Assembly (NCBI GenBank): GCA_040954595.2
Contig: CM082596.2
Location: 2,654,556 to 2,718,555 of the forward strand
Source: Balanoglossus misakiensis
Lineage: Eukaryota; Animalia; Hemichordata
DNA: 64,000 bases
Reading direction: 5' to 3'
Shown here: positions 36,746 to 50,927 of the stretch, piece after piece
Layout: the number at the start of each line of letters is the position of its first letter
Numbering within the stretch: the stretch's first letter is position 1
Made by a program: the position numbers and the translations under genes
Notes under the pieces: model-generated
What the model saw: the letters and a program-made list of their open reading frames with translations, nothing else
The model's database searches: none
Told to the model about the DNA's origin: nothing

Positions 36746-39700
36746 TCATATTCTATTAGTTATTTTCATCTCATATTTAAGCTCAAATTGTTCTGCACGT
36801 TTCCTGATTGCTGCGACTTTTTGACTCTGCGATGGAATGCTATTCTCCAGTGCCGGTAATGTCTCTGGAAATGTGGCGACTGAAATTACCAAATTAAACT
36901 AGTTTGCGAGGAATCTAATGATCGCTTAATGTAGTGGGAGATGCACATCCGCCCTTAAGATAAACGCATTTTACATGAAACCATAGCAACAGGCTATTGG
37001 ATGAGGGTTATTATGACGTAAAACGATTCGTCATTCTTGATGACATGCGTAACTGAATTGCAAGAATCCTGGGAGTGTGTTGTTATTAAAAGCTTCGAAA
37101 TATGAATTCACTCTTCAAAAACAATTCATCAGATTCATTTGTCATTTTCATAATTAATTATAAGTGTAGCCTAAATTAGTACAGAAATGAGCAGTTATGC
37201 ATGACAGTGTCAGTAGACAGGGCAAGTTTGCCCAAGGACATATTCTGACTGATTCGTCCATATGGTAGAAATGGTTTAATTTATCTTGATGGTGGAGAAT
37301 ACAGTTTCACTCTGATTCATTATTTCCTGCTGTCTGATTATTTTGACAGTAAAAGTCAACTGTATTAAATTTATACACAGGCTTTCGCATAAATGTTATT
37401 TGCCTATAAGGTTTACTCACATTTTGTAGGTTAGCCAGTTTGCTGTGATGTTTCATCGAATGTTTCTGATGTGGCTGTATAACAGTAAAATACAGTGCAC
37501 AAAAATGAATGTGCCAATTGACTTCACACCGACATTCGCAATAAATGGTGGGCCAGTTACATGTGAGTAGTAGACTGGGCTTTTGCTTTCCTGCACTTGA
37601 AGAACCGGACAGTATGTTACATGAAGTGTTGTCATCCACTTAATGTGATTTGAGCATAAATGACAACATACATTACACCAGCAGCCTCAAATGAATACAC
37701 CAGTCACAATAGCAGTGATGCATTTATTCAGATTATCATCAGCTGTAATAGAATGCTGTGTAACTTCGTTAATCCCATCATTGTCAGGGGTGTTATGTTT
37801 CCTATTTTGCCAGTAGAGACGAGCTGTTCTAGCCAACCAACGACAGTCAATATACCTGCGTGGCTTTTATGTCTGCATTGCGCACGAATTATATGCGCAG
37901 TGTACGGCAACTTATCTTTGTTGGCACTAGTATGCAAATTGCGTAACTACCACTTTATCTCCACATACATTACACGTCTGCCAAGACAAATCTCCGCAGT
38001 CCGACTTGATGAGCGTCGCGGAGACCTCTTTGCACGCCAGACAGTAAATCTGTCCTTGGCGATTGTTTGAGTCTTTTTCATCAACTGTCGCGGACGTGAG
38101 CGATGCACCTTCTAGCTCAGCATCAAAGAGACATGCGAGCGAGTTATTGAGGATTTGGCTTACAAGGTCATACAATCCTCAACTCTTTAATATCCTCCTT
38201 CCACCTTTTTAGTGTACCCTGCTTGAATATCAACATTAATGGGACATATTTCGGAAGGTTATTCAACCAGAATGAAATAACGAATACCCGTAAAGTTCCG
38301 GACGGGTGTTAAGGATACATTTTCTCTACATCCTGCATAGAATTCAGGTCTCTACTAATAACTGCAGAGACCAAATCAAAGAGTTTTAGCAAAAAAGAAT
38401 CTTGCATAATCCTTGTGGTGACAAATACTAGTTCGTATAGCTTGGATAGAAAAGCCTTCGCATTAGCAATCTATCGTATTTATCACTCTAATTGTTTTAG
38501 ACTGTTGTCAGCGCTTGCAATTCAGGGCACGTAGGTTTTACACTTGGGGCCTAATAGCTCTAAATATCGAATATGAGCCGTCTAAATGTGTCGGGCAGAC
38601 CAGTTTACCTCCCAGGCAACTAGGCACAGGTCATTGAAGTTTGGCGTCATCATTGCATGGTGTTGACGGTATTGTTAATCATTCCGAATAAATAAAGCGT
38701 TATTTCTTCCTGTTGCATTTGATCGTGTCACTTATATTTCTAGAAAAGGTCTCTGATTGCTATTTTCTGTCTTACTCGCCTAAATTACACGACAAGAGTG
38801 ATTTCTGGAATTTATGTAATACAGAATCTTGTGATTATCAAACAGCTCGGGAAATTATACCTCTCTGTATCATCAGGAGTGAAATGTGGCCATCAGACAA
38901 TTGTAAAAAGCACACAACTTCTCACATATATAATATTGACTTGGCATTTGTCGAAATGAAACAGTAATTGAACGGACAAAATGTCTCAATTTCAAGCTCT
39001 AATATCTGTATATTTGCTAATACTTTCCCAGTATATTTGTTCTGTCAGTGCAACAACTAGTTTCTTGTTGGATAACTAAAACATATGAAACACCCGATAT
39101 TTAGATTGCCAATACAGGACATGTGTGCTCAGTCAGTGATATTATACTTGAAAAGCCAACTCGAATTTACTTGTCCACAAAAACAATGTATAAACAAGCA
39201 TGGACATATCAATGTAAATTTAATGAAACGTGAGTCACGATTGCCTAGAGACATCATAGATGACAAAATAGTTTCCTTTTTGACGTACATGTAGTTCTGG
39301 GACTTGAATCCCCTGTGCGAAGACCTACAAGTGTTTTTATTTTCAGTGTAAACGAGATGGCCTTACGTCAGCTACACACGCACAGTGTATCGTCATTTAA
39401 CTTCAAGGAGACCTGTCTCCATTGGCTGCGCCTTCCATGACTGATTGCCGGCTTTTAGCGCATATGAGGCCAGAAAGTTCGAACCGAGGTGCGTGAACAA
39501 AAAGGTGAATGACAGCCGATTCCCTGAGTACTGAAGTAAACGCTAAGGATTGTCTCGAAAAGCAAATATTAGAAATAGAACAAGAGATGCGACCTTTAAA
39601 AACATCGATTGCTACTTGATACCTTGTTTTTTGTTCTACCGTCATTGGTTGAACACGTGCTTAAGTGAGTCTGCTCGACGAATATGGTGTGTAAATAGAA

Positions 39701-41273
39701 GAAAATGTGCAACATCTATCTTGCACTTCCAGATCTCTGAGTAAGCTGACAATTTAAACATATTGGGAAATTTTATCTTGAAAGATGTAGCATAGGATAA
39801 GTGTTGAATGAGCCACTAGATGGTTTTCCACGGTTTTGCGTTACAATGATTCATTTGGAAATTGGGACATAAATTAGGTTATTTGAAAAACGAAGTGAAG
39901 TTCCCTCTGTCCGGATCTGAACACAAATTATTCGGAAGTTTCCTGGTGTACACGTCCTCATCAAACAACCACATAATATGCTTCTTTAATATTTTAAGTG
40001 TGTTAATGCCTCGTTTTATTAGCAGCTAACTCGGTAGAATGAATCACATGTTTGCAAGTTGATTGACAAAGAGAAATACATGTGTGAGGCTATGTGAGAT
40101 GCTAACACTCTAATTAATTTGTGAAGCTGACAAAATGACTCGCTAAGTAAAACAAATCGTTGCATTATTGTGACGGCTAATTTGATTTGATGTCCGGTAA
40201 TATCCCTTAACTAATGACAAATCTGGATTATGGTCAAAATAAATTAAGGTTATGGAACTGATTGATGTGTGCAATGTTCTAGTTTCGAACTAGTATTCTG
40301 ATTCAACCCAGAAAAAATTAAATAAGAAAGTGGAGTTATGTCGTTCAGCAAGAGGGCGCGAATTAAATGTAACCACGTCAAGTTCTTAGCTAATCCTAGG
40401 AAATACTTTAAGACACATGCATAGGTACTTGCAAGAAACGCCCTCTACTGTTCAATTATCAGTGTCTTTGATTGCCGTGGGAACATGCTCTGGGACTCAA
40501 AGTCGTGTTATCATGTCGGTTTTTATTGCTTTTCATTTCATCATATACATACCAGACATGTCCTGCTAAAATTACAGTCACTTGAGCACTTTTCAAAAAA
40601 GTTGGTCGAGTGCAAAATACCTCAGTCTGTAATTGGTAATATGGCAGAAAATTGAGAGGAAAATAATATGGGTTTTGGTTTTCTCCTTATGTATCCCTTT
40701 ATGTCTTAAAAGACTTGGGGGTGGGGTCTCGTAAAAAACTGATATGCGTAGTTATCAATCGTGGGATGTTACCATGTGATGATTGGGTCCCAAGTTCATA
40801 TTCTTGAATCGTCATGTTTATGATATATGCAATCGTGCTAAAACAGTCTATTTCTGTAACTTAGGGCTAAATTTCTTCTTGCTTGACATATAATGATGAC
40901 ATCATTTGCAACTTTAATTTACAATTCGATAACGACTAGCGATTGAAATCTGGCAGTGTATCGGAAATGATGGAATTATCCACTTTCATAAATGCTGCAC
41001 GATACAGTCTATTATATAGAGAAAACGATATGATTGTGATCTGGCTGAAAAGATTAGATAAAATTCAAGATAGAGTTGGATAAGTCAAACTGTACAGAGG
41101 GTTTCAAGATCTGCACAAAGTCACCACACCACATCTATGATACCTGTCAACTTTGCATGACTACAGATGTTCATTGACAAAATAGGATATGGCGTTTAGT
41201 ACCATCTATATATGTGATGACACAAGAATGCTTGTCACTGTCTACAATTAACACCAACTAGTGAAAAAGATGT

Positions 41274-41797
41274 TCATAACCGAATTTGAAAAATTACGAT
41301 AAAAATCGTAAGAATCGTCCCGAAAACATACAGAATCAAGAACAATCTATCCATCACCATGGCAACTTGTTTCCATTCTTTTTTCACATGCTTCTCCCTA
41401 CTTTTCTGTTCATAAAATCCCGAGACTTTTCTGATCTCTATCAGGAGGTGAAAAATGGCATGCGTGTCACGGTTACTCTGTCCCCTTGTTGTGGCAGCGC
41501 CCTCCTGTGCCATGTCGTTTCTCTTCATGCTGTTTCCATTTGCATGCATAATCTCCAGTGATTTAAGGGTTTCCTCGAACCCGCATTTGCATGGCGTTCG
41601 GTCGAGAGGCCTGCTTTTCGACGGAGATATCTTCTCCAGTTTCATGCGCAGTCCGCCAGCTATGCACTGCAGGATCAACCGTCTCATCCAGCCGGGAACG
41701 GGATACATTTCGCCGCCGTTGTAGTGCAGATGGAGCACGGTGACTGACATGGCCAAGGACATGGTCACCATCGCCATGGTCATTGCATAGTATTGAC
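41274..41797 (-). CDS. nAChR-like B exon 7 (M3, loop, M4, stop)
   Basis: cctgtag|GT CAA TAC TAT; ...[13 protein letters not shown]...; TGA. Confidence 0.95.
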
Positions 41798-44700
41798 CTA
41801 CAGGCATGAATGGATCCTTGAGATTTAGAGGAACAGTAGTACATTGATCTTTTATTAAAATAAGCATCAAGGAATATAACAAAATGATCAGGTCTTATAA
41901 TTTTGATCAGACTTCTTACTGATGCATTCAAGGTGAATTGATCATTCCATTTTGTATTTAAGATATTTGCGTAAGGACAAAAATTGTCAGCTATTTCATG
42001 GTCATTGGTACAATCCTTCTAATCTCTAAGAAGGTGTTAATTTTGCTTCCTGAGTTAAACACACACATACATGTATATCCTTAATGATGGAAAGGGTCTT
42101 AATTAAAATATCTTTTTAACTTGAATCTTTAATTTTGAAAACTGATTTACTTTTGCCGACTCACCAATGAGGGGTACTTCACTCGAAGGTGGCATGGCTT
42201 CAGCTAGCAACAACAGAAATACAGTGAGTGACAGAAGAACTGTGATGCCGAGTGTGATCTTTTCACCAGCCTCGGCCGGCAGAAAGAAGGTCAGCATTGT
42301 AACAGCAGCCAGCAAGACACAAGGCGTGATCAAGTTGAAGAAGTAGAATATGGGACGCCGTCTGAGATGGATCACGTATGTCACATCTGTGTACGGGATT
42401 CCGGGGGCATCCGGATAAAGTTGGATGTTGCTTTTGGATGTCATGCTCTCCATGTCCCATTCGCCGTCGCTTGTGAACACCGTGACATCACCTGCCAATA
42501 GAAGGGAATAGTTAGGCAGGGTCTTGGTTGTGTCCTGTCTTTCAATAACTTTAAATAACCCAGTTGTTTGAAAGATATGTCTAACAATGGCACAAATCTT
42601 GGATGTACATCAGCTGTTAACAAGTGTCTCTGCACAACCGAAAAGCCACAGTGAAAAGTGATGATCGACACAAGGAGCAAAGGAAGAAATGCCGAATCTT
42701 AAACTTGAATACAGCCAGCATGTATATGTCAACGGCTTAGAGGAATGTGCCTGGTGTCTTGTTGTGCCTGCATATCGGCCACTTAGTTGACCCTTAAAAA
42801 TGATTAAGTGTTTTCAAAGTTTGCAAACAACCCAGAAGGCAGAATATATGTTACATTTATTGACACTTTTTCCAAGCGATCAACAAAATACATCTGAAAA
42901 TGCCTGTGAGGGTTTTTCGTTTATATCTTTTTCGCGTGAATGCATATTGTCATCATGTGTTTGTCACCATTTCAAATAGTCTAGTTTCTTTTATCTCGTT
43001 GTCCGTCTGCACCTTCTGCAGGACCCCCGGGCCAGTCTGTTCTTGACCACGGTCTATCTGTCTGTCGATTAGTGAGTCTGTCTGTCTGTCGCTAGTGAAT
43101 TTGCTTGCTTCAACAGATGCCGTAAACGACCTCTCTTTGCAGTATCGATATTTTCTTTTTGTCTGCAAATGTGTTTAATGGGTTGGGATAATTAGGCTAG
43201 CATTTCAGTCGTTAATCTCAGCGGGCTTGGGCGTATCAAAGTTGACACTCGCCAATTCATCGATACAACATCATTTGCAGCAAACAGCGTTTCCGTTCCT
43301 CTGCAGAGCGTTGTTTTCACCAACCATTGCCAAACCATTACGTCTTTTGCTTTCCAGGCAACACCTCTACGGTCTTACAGGCAAAATAAAAAAGGCGGGA
43401 ATGATCTCTTTGTGTTGATAATAACACCGGAGATGATTTCTGTTGTGTGCAATTTTTAGTGAAAGTGTCTAAGTTGTTATGATGACAGCTATAGCAGCCC
43501 GGAAAATGTTAAAGGTCATCACATAGGTCAACTTTCCTCTCATAATTCTGTTCGTATGACATGACTGTATAAACATTCTTGATCTGAACTTTGATGCCTC
43601 ACGTACATGTACTCTCTGGCTGATTCGGTTCGTAATTTTGACTCTCCACCATACTTCTTTTATAATGGAAGACGTGCGAATGAAGTCAAGCTTCTCCAGC
43701 AGACATTGTTGGTATATTTATCTTTCCACTCACGTACAAGAAAGAACTACAGTATATTTCAACTGTCAAATGATATTACATGTGAAGATTGTTCGTTCAT
43801 TCTGTGACTTGAATTGTGAAGTGGACAGCGGCAGTTTAAGCGTAAAGATTTAATAGGACTTTGATTAAAATGAGAAAAAATAGCAGTCGCAGGAAGGGTG
43901 GCTTCCGAGACCTGTCATAACATCATCAATTATGTCAGTTACTTCTCTGTATCGAACATTGTAGTCGGTGACGTTGAAAAGAACCACTTAATGTTCGCCC
44001 AACTTGCGCACCTGGTATGCGCAACTGTTGTATTGTACGTATCTGACTCTTTTGGATGGAGTGTGCATATACACCCATGTACCTACAATCAATTTAGCCT
44101 TTCAATATGTAGCTTATCAATCGAATCTATCAACAACGTGTGCCACATCCAATTGTTACATTGAGTAATCACAAGCCGAATATTAAACACACATAAAAGA
44201 GACAGGTAGCTCACATAAAAACAAACTCTCCCATAATGTAAGAAACTTGGCCTAACCTATGCCTGTAATGGTGACTTCTGTTCCATCGTATTGCCAAGGT
44301 CCGAACTTCAGTTTGCAATCCTGCTCGTCGAACGGAAAATAGGTGACATCAATTTGACATTGGCTCTGAAAAATGACAGGTGCTGCCCACATCACATCAC
44401 CACTTGAGTAGACTACAGCTATGCGATCTTTCATAAAATTCTGGTATTCGTCAGCGGCACTGCAGGTAGAATTGGGCAAAGATTATTCAGTACTCACAAA
44501 TGTCTGTAAGTCTGTCTGCCTGTATGTGCCTCTGTAATGAATGTACATGTATGTCGAAGAGGAAGCTTTTTTGTGGGATATCTTTAATGGAATATCACAG
44601 TGGTAGTAAAGTGTGAATTATGTTATATTCCATTTGCGCATGACTTGTCTTCAATTCTTTCTTCAACATTATGGGGACCTTGTGAGGCCATGGCCATTGG

Positions 44701-47700
44701 TGGCATTTATATATGTCTGGCTGAAATGCATTTTTTGAGATAGTTACTTACATTAGTAGAAATAACTTGTATCATTAGTGTAGATCATGCACATCAATCA
44801 ATTTGAATATTATTGTAATTATCGTATGATTTGATAAAAATCGCATTGGTAATGATTGAGTACAGACTTTTATGTTCAGGCCTCGGAGCTGTTGTAAATC
44901 TTGTCTAACCTGTCGTTGAATTCCAAATGTCATCGCTTGCATATATACTTGTGACCAGGGTATTAAAATGAAACCACTAGACCATCTGCGTAATCATCGA
45001 TTTTTGCAGCTGTACGCTTATCTAAATATTCAAAATTTAACGACATACAGAACATTAATTAGACTGTTCATACTTTTGAACTAATGTGTAATTCAAACAT
45101 TTGCATTCGATGTGAGAGATGCGTTGCCAGGAAACCAAAGACAAAGTTCCCTGACATTTTCTGATGCATATAATGGAGGACAAACTCATGGATTTGCAAT
45201 GCTGCTCCTAATTTATGCAGAGTGAGACCGCCAGTTAATCAGAAATTTCATCACGTTCGATTTAACTCAACGTTTGTCCTGTGGTAAGACTGTTTAATTT
45301 AGTCGCTTAAACAGAAAATGTCTTCCGCTTACGTGACCTGCCACGAGGGATTTATTACAATCCAGGCGGAACAAAAAGACCATCTCCTATAATTTCCATG
45401 TGCACAGCATCAGCTGTACATCCGTGGATTTGTATATATAGGTGTCTGTATAAGAGTTTTCTATAGATCAGAAGACAATGGATCAAGGTAGCAATCAAGT
45501 TGAGCTCAAAAGATCAGAATGCTGTGTGTACATGTACATTGGGATGTTAAAGTCAAGTTGACATACGGGCAAATTTTGTGACAGGCAGGGCACTTGCAAT
45601 GCTTAGAATATAGAGGATAGGCATTCAGAGAACGTTTTGCCAATGAATGCATCTGGGTTCTTCATTTCCCCTCATATTCTATTCCTGGGAATGAGTAAAT
45701 AGCTTACTTCCACAATGCAGTGGAAGCGAAAGCAGATCCACACTTCCGCAACTTTCGCATTAGACAATTAGCGCCACTGATTGCTTCATGGGGGAGGCCA
45801 TGCAGCCCGGATCATTGCTGATGATACTAGTAGCACTGTCCGGTAATTCGCTGATGTCTAGTTACCGGAGAGTGGAACAATGCATGACTCAAATTGCAGA
45901 ATCTGTCACCATCAGACGACATTGAAGAACGAGATACCACATCCCACAGATGACAGCAACGTTGAAAAGTTTCCCCTCAATTTAAAACCGCGGAAGCAGC
46001 CTGCAGTAACCCAGGACTTTACTGCGAATGATTTGAAAAGACGTGTATGTCATTATTTGACGCTATGTGTAATCATAAAGCAAGACCTTCTGCATATGAG
46101 AAACGTAGACACTTAATAGGTAAAACCCCGGAAAAGTTAGCTTGGTGGCATATCAATTAATTGCCAAGTTCTATATATATTTTGAAAATAAGTTATCGCG
46201 AATATAATTCCAAATAGGAATCCACTATGCACGTATTTTCTAGCAACATAATTGAAAACTTGGCTGTTTTGTTGTTTATGCTTGTTGTTGTTTATGCACT
46301 ATATACTACTGATGAAATATGCCATTCCTTTCTATTTCCCTTTCCCTCTCGGATCGATCCTAACCGTAATCAAAATAACTGGTGAATAAACCTGCGCATT
46401 ACGATCATGAAGCGGCATCAGAAGGTTAATTGGAATCGACTCTAAGAGGAAACAGCCCGCGGTACTCCACTAACGACATCAAACTGTTTTTCAGCGCTTG
46501 TCCGGGGACAACCTTGGTTGAAAATGTGCTGAAACGAGTGCTCATGGGGGAAAAAGAGAGCCAGTTATTAATTCTTGGAGATGACAATTACTAATATATA
46601 TACGATAAACCTCTAAACATTGGTTCTTACATGGTGTATTCATATCACAATGATTTCAAAAACCGTGTTGGATTATTAATGGCCTCTATTAGTGCGCAAA
46701 TTTGAAAAATGACAACTTTGGTAATGACAGGATCTGTTATCAAAACGAAATTGATAGTGTGAATTCCTGGGAGGTTTGTGACAAACAGATTTTCATAATG
46801 ACCTTAACATTTGTAACAATCACTCTTGTTAAGCCTGAAGATGGGTCATCTTACTTCACATGCGGGGTACGGCAGACACAATGTGGCAACCTGTACGAAA
46901 ATGTTGAATCTCCTAAGTAAGCACCATGTTCACCCAACCACAGTTTGAAAGGATAATCAATAAAATGATGGAGTCTTTATTTGTGCCATCTGATTTCTAG
47001 TATGGTACCAAAACTCTTTGAATCACCCTTGGGTCAACATCAACATAAGTGCGGCGGAGTTAAACTCATTCCCCGCAGACGGCAAACTTAGCTAATCACA
47101 GGGTAATGAACCTCGCATCGACAATCCTAGTTTCCTAGCTCTCAAATTGAATCTGAAGCCAACTAGATTATACCTAAGTCGAGCTAATCATGATGACATG
47201 CAATATAAGTTTGCGATACACAGTTGTTCATAAAATCATTGCTAACATGTGTGACCTACTTTTCATAAAGTACTATATCCGGCAACCACATCCGATGTGA
47301 TGGTAGTTTCACATTTTCTATGCCTTGGTAAGCATCGGTATCCCAAGACAGGTATTCGTCAGTCCAATTCTGTCAGCAAGGAACACCAAGTAAAGTTTTA
47401 TCCAAAGAATTGATTTGTGATCATCTTATACCTGGCACCATTTTTAAATCATGTGGGATTTGGAAAATGCTAACCACTGTGTCTTGTGTTTGATTATTGG
47501 GTTTGTGATTGTACAGTGGCTGACATTTTGTACACAAATTAGGATATGCGGTTTTGTTTGTAGATATGGTCAGTTTAAAATTAGCTAATCGTTCGTGTAG
47601 GGACAAGTTTATTATGTTACATTCAGCGAAAGCATAAAAATTGCTCTCCTGTTGGCCGCATACCATCCACTCATAAAGATCTATTTTCAGCTTTCATGGT

Positions 47701-50700
47701 TAAGTGTCATGTTCTAGTTGATATGACATTAAACAACTTACAAATGTCAACCATGTATTTATCTTCAGGGTTTGAATTCTTTCATCCTGCAGAGAAGACA
47801 GTGAAAGAGAGAACTAGAAGTAAAATGGTGTCAGATATTAAACATGACTTGATAAATAACAATACACTATTGAATGTGATGACTTACCATGTCAATGATC
47901 TGGGAAACGAAAAACTGCATAGTGACTTGCGTTACTGTGGATGCATTGCGTACTGGTCTGACCATTGTATTGTAGTCGTGTAGTAAGACATTGATCAGCC
48001 GATAATGTGCGTCTGTCCCAAATATACCTAGAAAGCAACATATTACTTGAACAGGTCAAGTGTCAATGGGAAATCTTAATACTATGTTAACGTACAAGAA
48101 TGACATGAAATAAGAATGCCTCTATTACTGCTGGTTTAAAAAAATATCTTTTACAGATTATCGACTACAGCTTAAACATTTCACATTTTTCTGTCGTGGT
48201 CACATTCTTTCGTGAAATGAATCATGATAGTCAGGCATACAAATGTTAGCGTTAACATTCAACAAACGCAGTTGGTGTCAGGAATACATGACCCCTGTCA
48301 CTTTGTATAAACAGTTCAAAATTACTGTCGCCTTAAGGCAAAAAGTTCCAATGACATTGAACAAATCCCGGATGTTAACATTCAATTTTGATAAAAAGTG
48401 ACGTCTTAATACATTTGGGCCCAAATTCAATTAGGTTCTCTCTTCGGTCACTGTCGAGGGATTTTGCAACATGAACTTGAACACGCGTCATCAGTCAAGG
48501 TTAATTGTTACCGATTATCGTTGCATTACTATCAGGATACTCAAGACGAGTAGCTGGCCAAAATCCGAGGTTTCAACAGGATTTACCAACAAACTCTATC
48601 ACTGCACTTAATTTTATTAAACATTCTAGAGATACTTAATAACAAATTTGATGAAACTTGCCATGAACATCCAGTAGTGCCAATATATTTCTGACTGGAT
48701 ATTTTGTTTCACAGCAAAGTTAATGCTCTGCAATAGAGACTAACACAGGGAGAATTTTCAAACATTGTCAAGAAATTACCATGCAAGTGTCTTTCTGGAG
48801 ATGAATAATCAGCAAATACCCTTCAGGTTTCAGACTTACACAACTGGACTGATTATGAAAAGGTTTCCAGTGCTTTCAGTGGAAATTATAGGTACTTTAG
48901 AATTAATCTGAAGTGTTTGTATTTTAGCTCTATCTATCTTGTGCTCTCTAGCCCAATTGCTAACGTCATTTATTACAATTATCTGAATACTTTTTGCCAT
49001 TGAATGGGTGATCGAGGACCTTCCTGGTAAACAGATGATTTTGTAAGAAACGGCCAATCCAAGAAAGCGCGCCCATCAGATGTGAAAACTATCTTTAATT
49101 AAATTTGCATGAAGCAGTCATCACCAACGCGATCAAAATAAGTACTGTAGACTGGTACGTCATGGCAATCTTCATTTCTTTGCATGCGACATCTCCACTC
49201 GGGACAAATTAAAGATTATTCTCCGGCCATTTTCCTCCACGCCTCGTACACATTTTAGATAAGACAATCCATTTTCTCGTTCTTGAGTTCCACATTCATA
49301 CATGTACTCTACTCTATATTGCCATTCGAGACATATACTCGGCCATGCGGAAATTAGAAACACTGATTAGGCCTCTAAATTACCCCTGGAGAGCAATTAT
49401 AAGGAAAATTACGTTGGAAATTGTCATTCCATATATCACTCACAGATGGCAACAATTTCAACGTCAAACGGGACTGTAGATCAATAAATCGATTGTTTTC
49501 GGATTTTACATCTACGTACATATGTATGTACATGTATGTATATGTGTGTGTGTTTTGCAAGAGGCTTACTTCATGATCTCCATTTAGTAAACTGATGATT
49601 AAACCCTATTTTGGCAACACCTTGGAACAGAATCCAAAAACTCAGCAAAGAAAAAGAAGAGAGACACACATTACTTTCAACTTTACTATCGTATGTTCTA
49701 AAATAAAATTGACCTCAATGTTATAACCTGTGTGACAATTGATACGATAGTTGTCGTTAACAACAGGATATATAAAATACTACTAGGGCATAACTAAGAT
49801 GTGGAATTTGAAAGACCTTGAGTAAGCATAGCTACCGAAACAGATACGAAAGAAAGGCACGATTTTCATGAGACAACTGAACTGCCAGCAGGCACTAACA
49901 TAAATCCGCAACTGACGTCAGAATTTGCCCTTAGTAAAACGTTTCATGGAGACATTAACAACAATCTTAAGAACAATAAGGAATTTTCAAGATTGCTTCC
50001 ATACTTAAGTAATGTTGTCACTTAAATTATTGGCCCATTAAATTTCGTTTGGGTCTCCCATTTAACATTTTATAACAATATGTTGTGTGCTTACTATAAT
50101 ATCAATTAAACCCTGCCCAGTATGTTTCACAAAGATTTTGCTTTAGGTTTAATATGTACGTTGTAGTTATTGAGAGTTCAACTGCTGTGAACTATACGCG
50201 TTCATAGGGTAATGGTGTTGTTGTATAATTTCTACTTTGCCATGACCTTTCGGGCAGACATGTGCCACCTGTGCCACATTCTGACCTCTCAGCATTTTGG
50301 GCCATCTTCTTGTCTCTGAAGTATAATTATGCCCTTCTCACTTGCATAACCAGTTCTTGGGTATTTTCCCCTGTGTCAGTTTCCCTTTATATTCTCAACC
50401 ATTTTCTATCTCTGTTAGACTCATCCCTGTCTGTCGATGTCTCTTCATGTCCTCTGTCCGTACTCCCAACTTTCTCCTGTCTGACACGTGCACACTGCCA
50501 CAGGTCAAGTACTGCCTACATGTATTAAACTTAAGTCAAAACATGCTGCATTAAGTGGTATATCACTCATTGTAATTAGTTCATATTGGACTGCTCTTCA
50601 AACCCTGCAATCTCAACGTTTCTCATTATGTGTCGTTTTAAGTCAATTAGAAGCAACATAGAAAAATGGTTTCCTTATTACTTAATCCAGTATATTTCAT

Positions 50701-50822
50701 GCCACAAACATTTTGAATTTCGTTTTTAGCAAGAGTTCATTCTTACCTTCAAAACAGGAAAATATCAAAAGTGCCACGGTTGCGTTCAGGAGTACATATC
50801 CATTTCGACCAAGAAACTTCAT
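41274..50822 (-). CDS. Nicotinic acetylcholine receptor-like (alpha9/alpha10/alpha7-type) subunit, paralog B, 7 exons, 474 aa; lacks loop-C vicinal cysteines
   Basis: Exons 50747-50822, 47888-48027, 47742-47786, 47260-47369, 44257-44459, 42165-42491 and 41274-41797 total 1425 nt, in frame. Same internal exon sizes and phases as paralog A; Cys-loop [15 protein letters not shown]; M1-M4 present. Confidence 0.94.
42165..42491 (-). CDS. nAChR-like B exon 6 (loop F, loop C, M1, M2)
   Basis: ggcag|GT...ATT G|gtgagt; 327 nt. Confidence 0.95.
44257..44459 (-). CDS. nAChR-like B exon 5 (Cys-loop, loop B)
   Basis: ctgcag|T...ATA G|gttagg; 203 nt. Confidence 0.95.
47260..47369 (-). CDS. nAChR-like B exon 4 (110 nt)
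   Basis: gacag|AAT...AA|gtaggt; [36 protein letters not shown](N). Confidence 0.93.
47742..47786 (-). CDS. nAChR-like B exon 3 (45 nt)
   Basis: ctgcag|GAT...TTT|gtaagt; [15 protein letters not shown]. Confidence 0.93.
47888..48027 (-). CDS. nAChR-like B exon 2 (140 nt)
   Basis: ttctag|GT...ATG|gtaagt; (G)[46 protein letters not shown]. Confidence 0.93.
49515..49553. repeat. Mixed (TA)/(TG) microsatellite
   Basis: gtacatatgtatgtacatgtatgtatatgtgtgtgtg. Confidence 0.7.
50747..50822 (-). CDS. nAChR-like B exon 1 (signal peptide)
   Basis: aaaATG; [26 protein letters not shown]|gtaaga; hydrophobic core, phase 1. Confidence 0.85.
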
Positions 50823-50905
50823 TTTCAGATACAGTGTCGATATATTTATCCCCTTTTGTAGCTTTCCTTGTTCAATACTACATTCGGCGGTGTCTGTCGC
50901 GCAGA

Positions 50906-50927
50906 TGACGTAAGGGTGCTGACGTCA
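50906..50927. promoter_or_regulatory. Paired CRE/ATF sites about 85-105 bp upstream of the nAChR-like B start codon
   Basis: TGACGTAA (50906-50913) and perfect TGACGTCA (50920-50927). Confidence 0.4.

Noticed and set aside
41798-41882. N-terminal extension of ORF 41274-41882 (and similar extensions of 42103-42498, 44252-44479, 55494-55832)
   Set aside because: These run through splice sites into introns; spliced models match the paralog or ankyrin pattern exactly.
45818-45860. TGATGA...CTGA suggesting an intronic C/D snoRNA
   Set aside because: Boxes are too close together, the C box is imperfect and there is no terminal stem.
10585-50822. Assigning the symbols CHRNA9 or CHRNA10, or calling the genes pseudogenes because they lack Cys-Cys
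   Set aside because: Orthology cannot be shown without phylogeny. Both frames are intact and show purifying selection.
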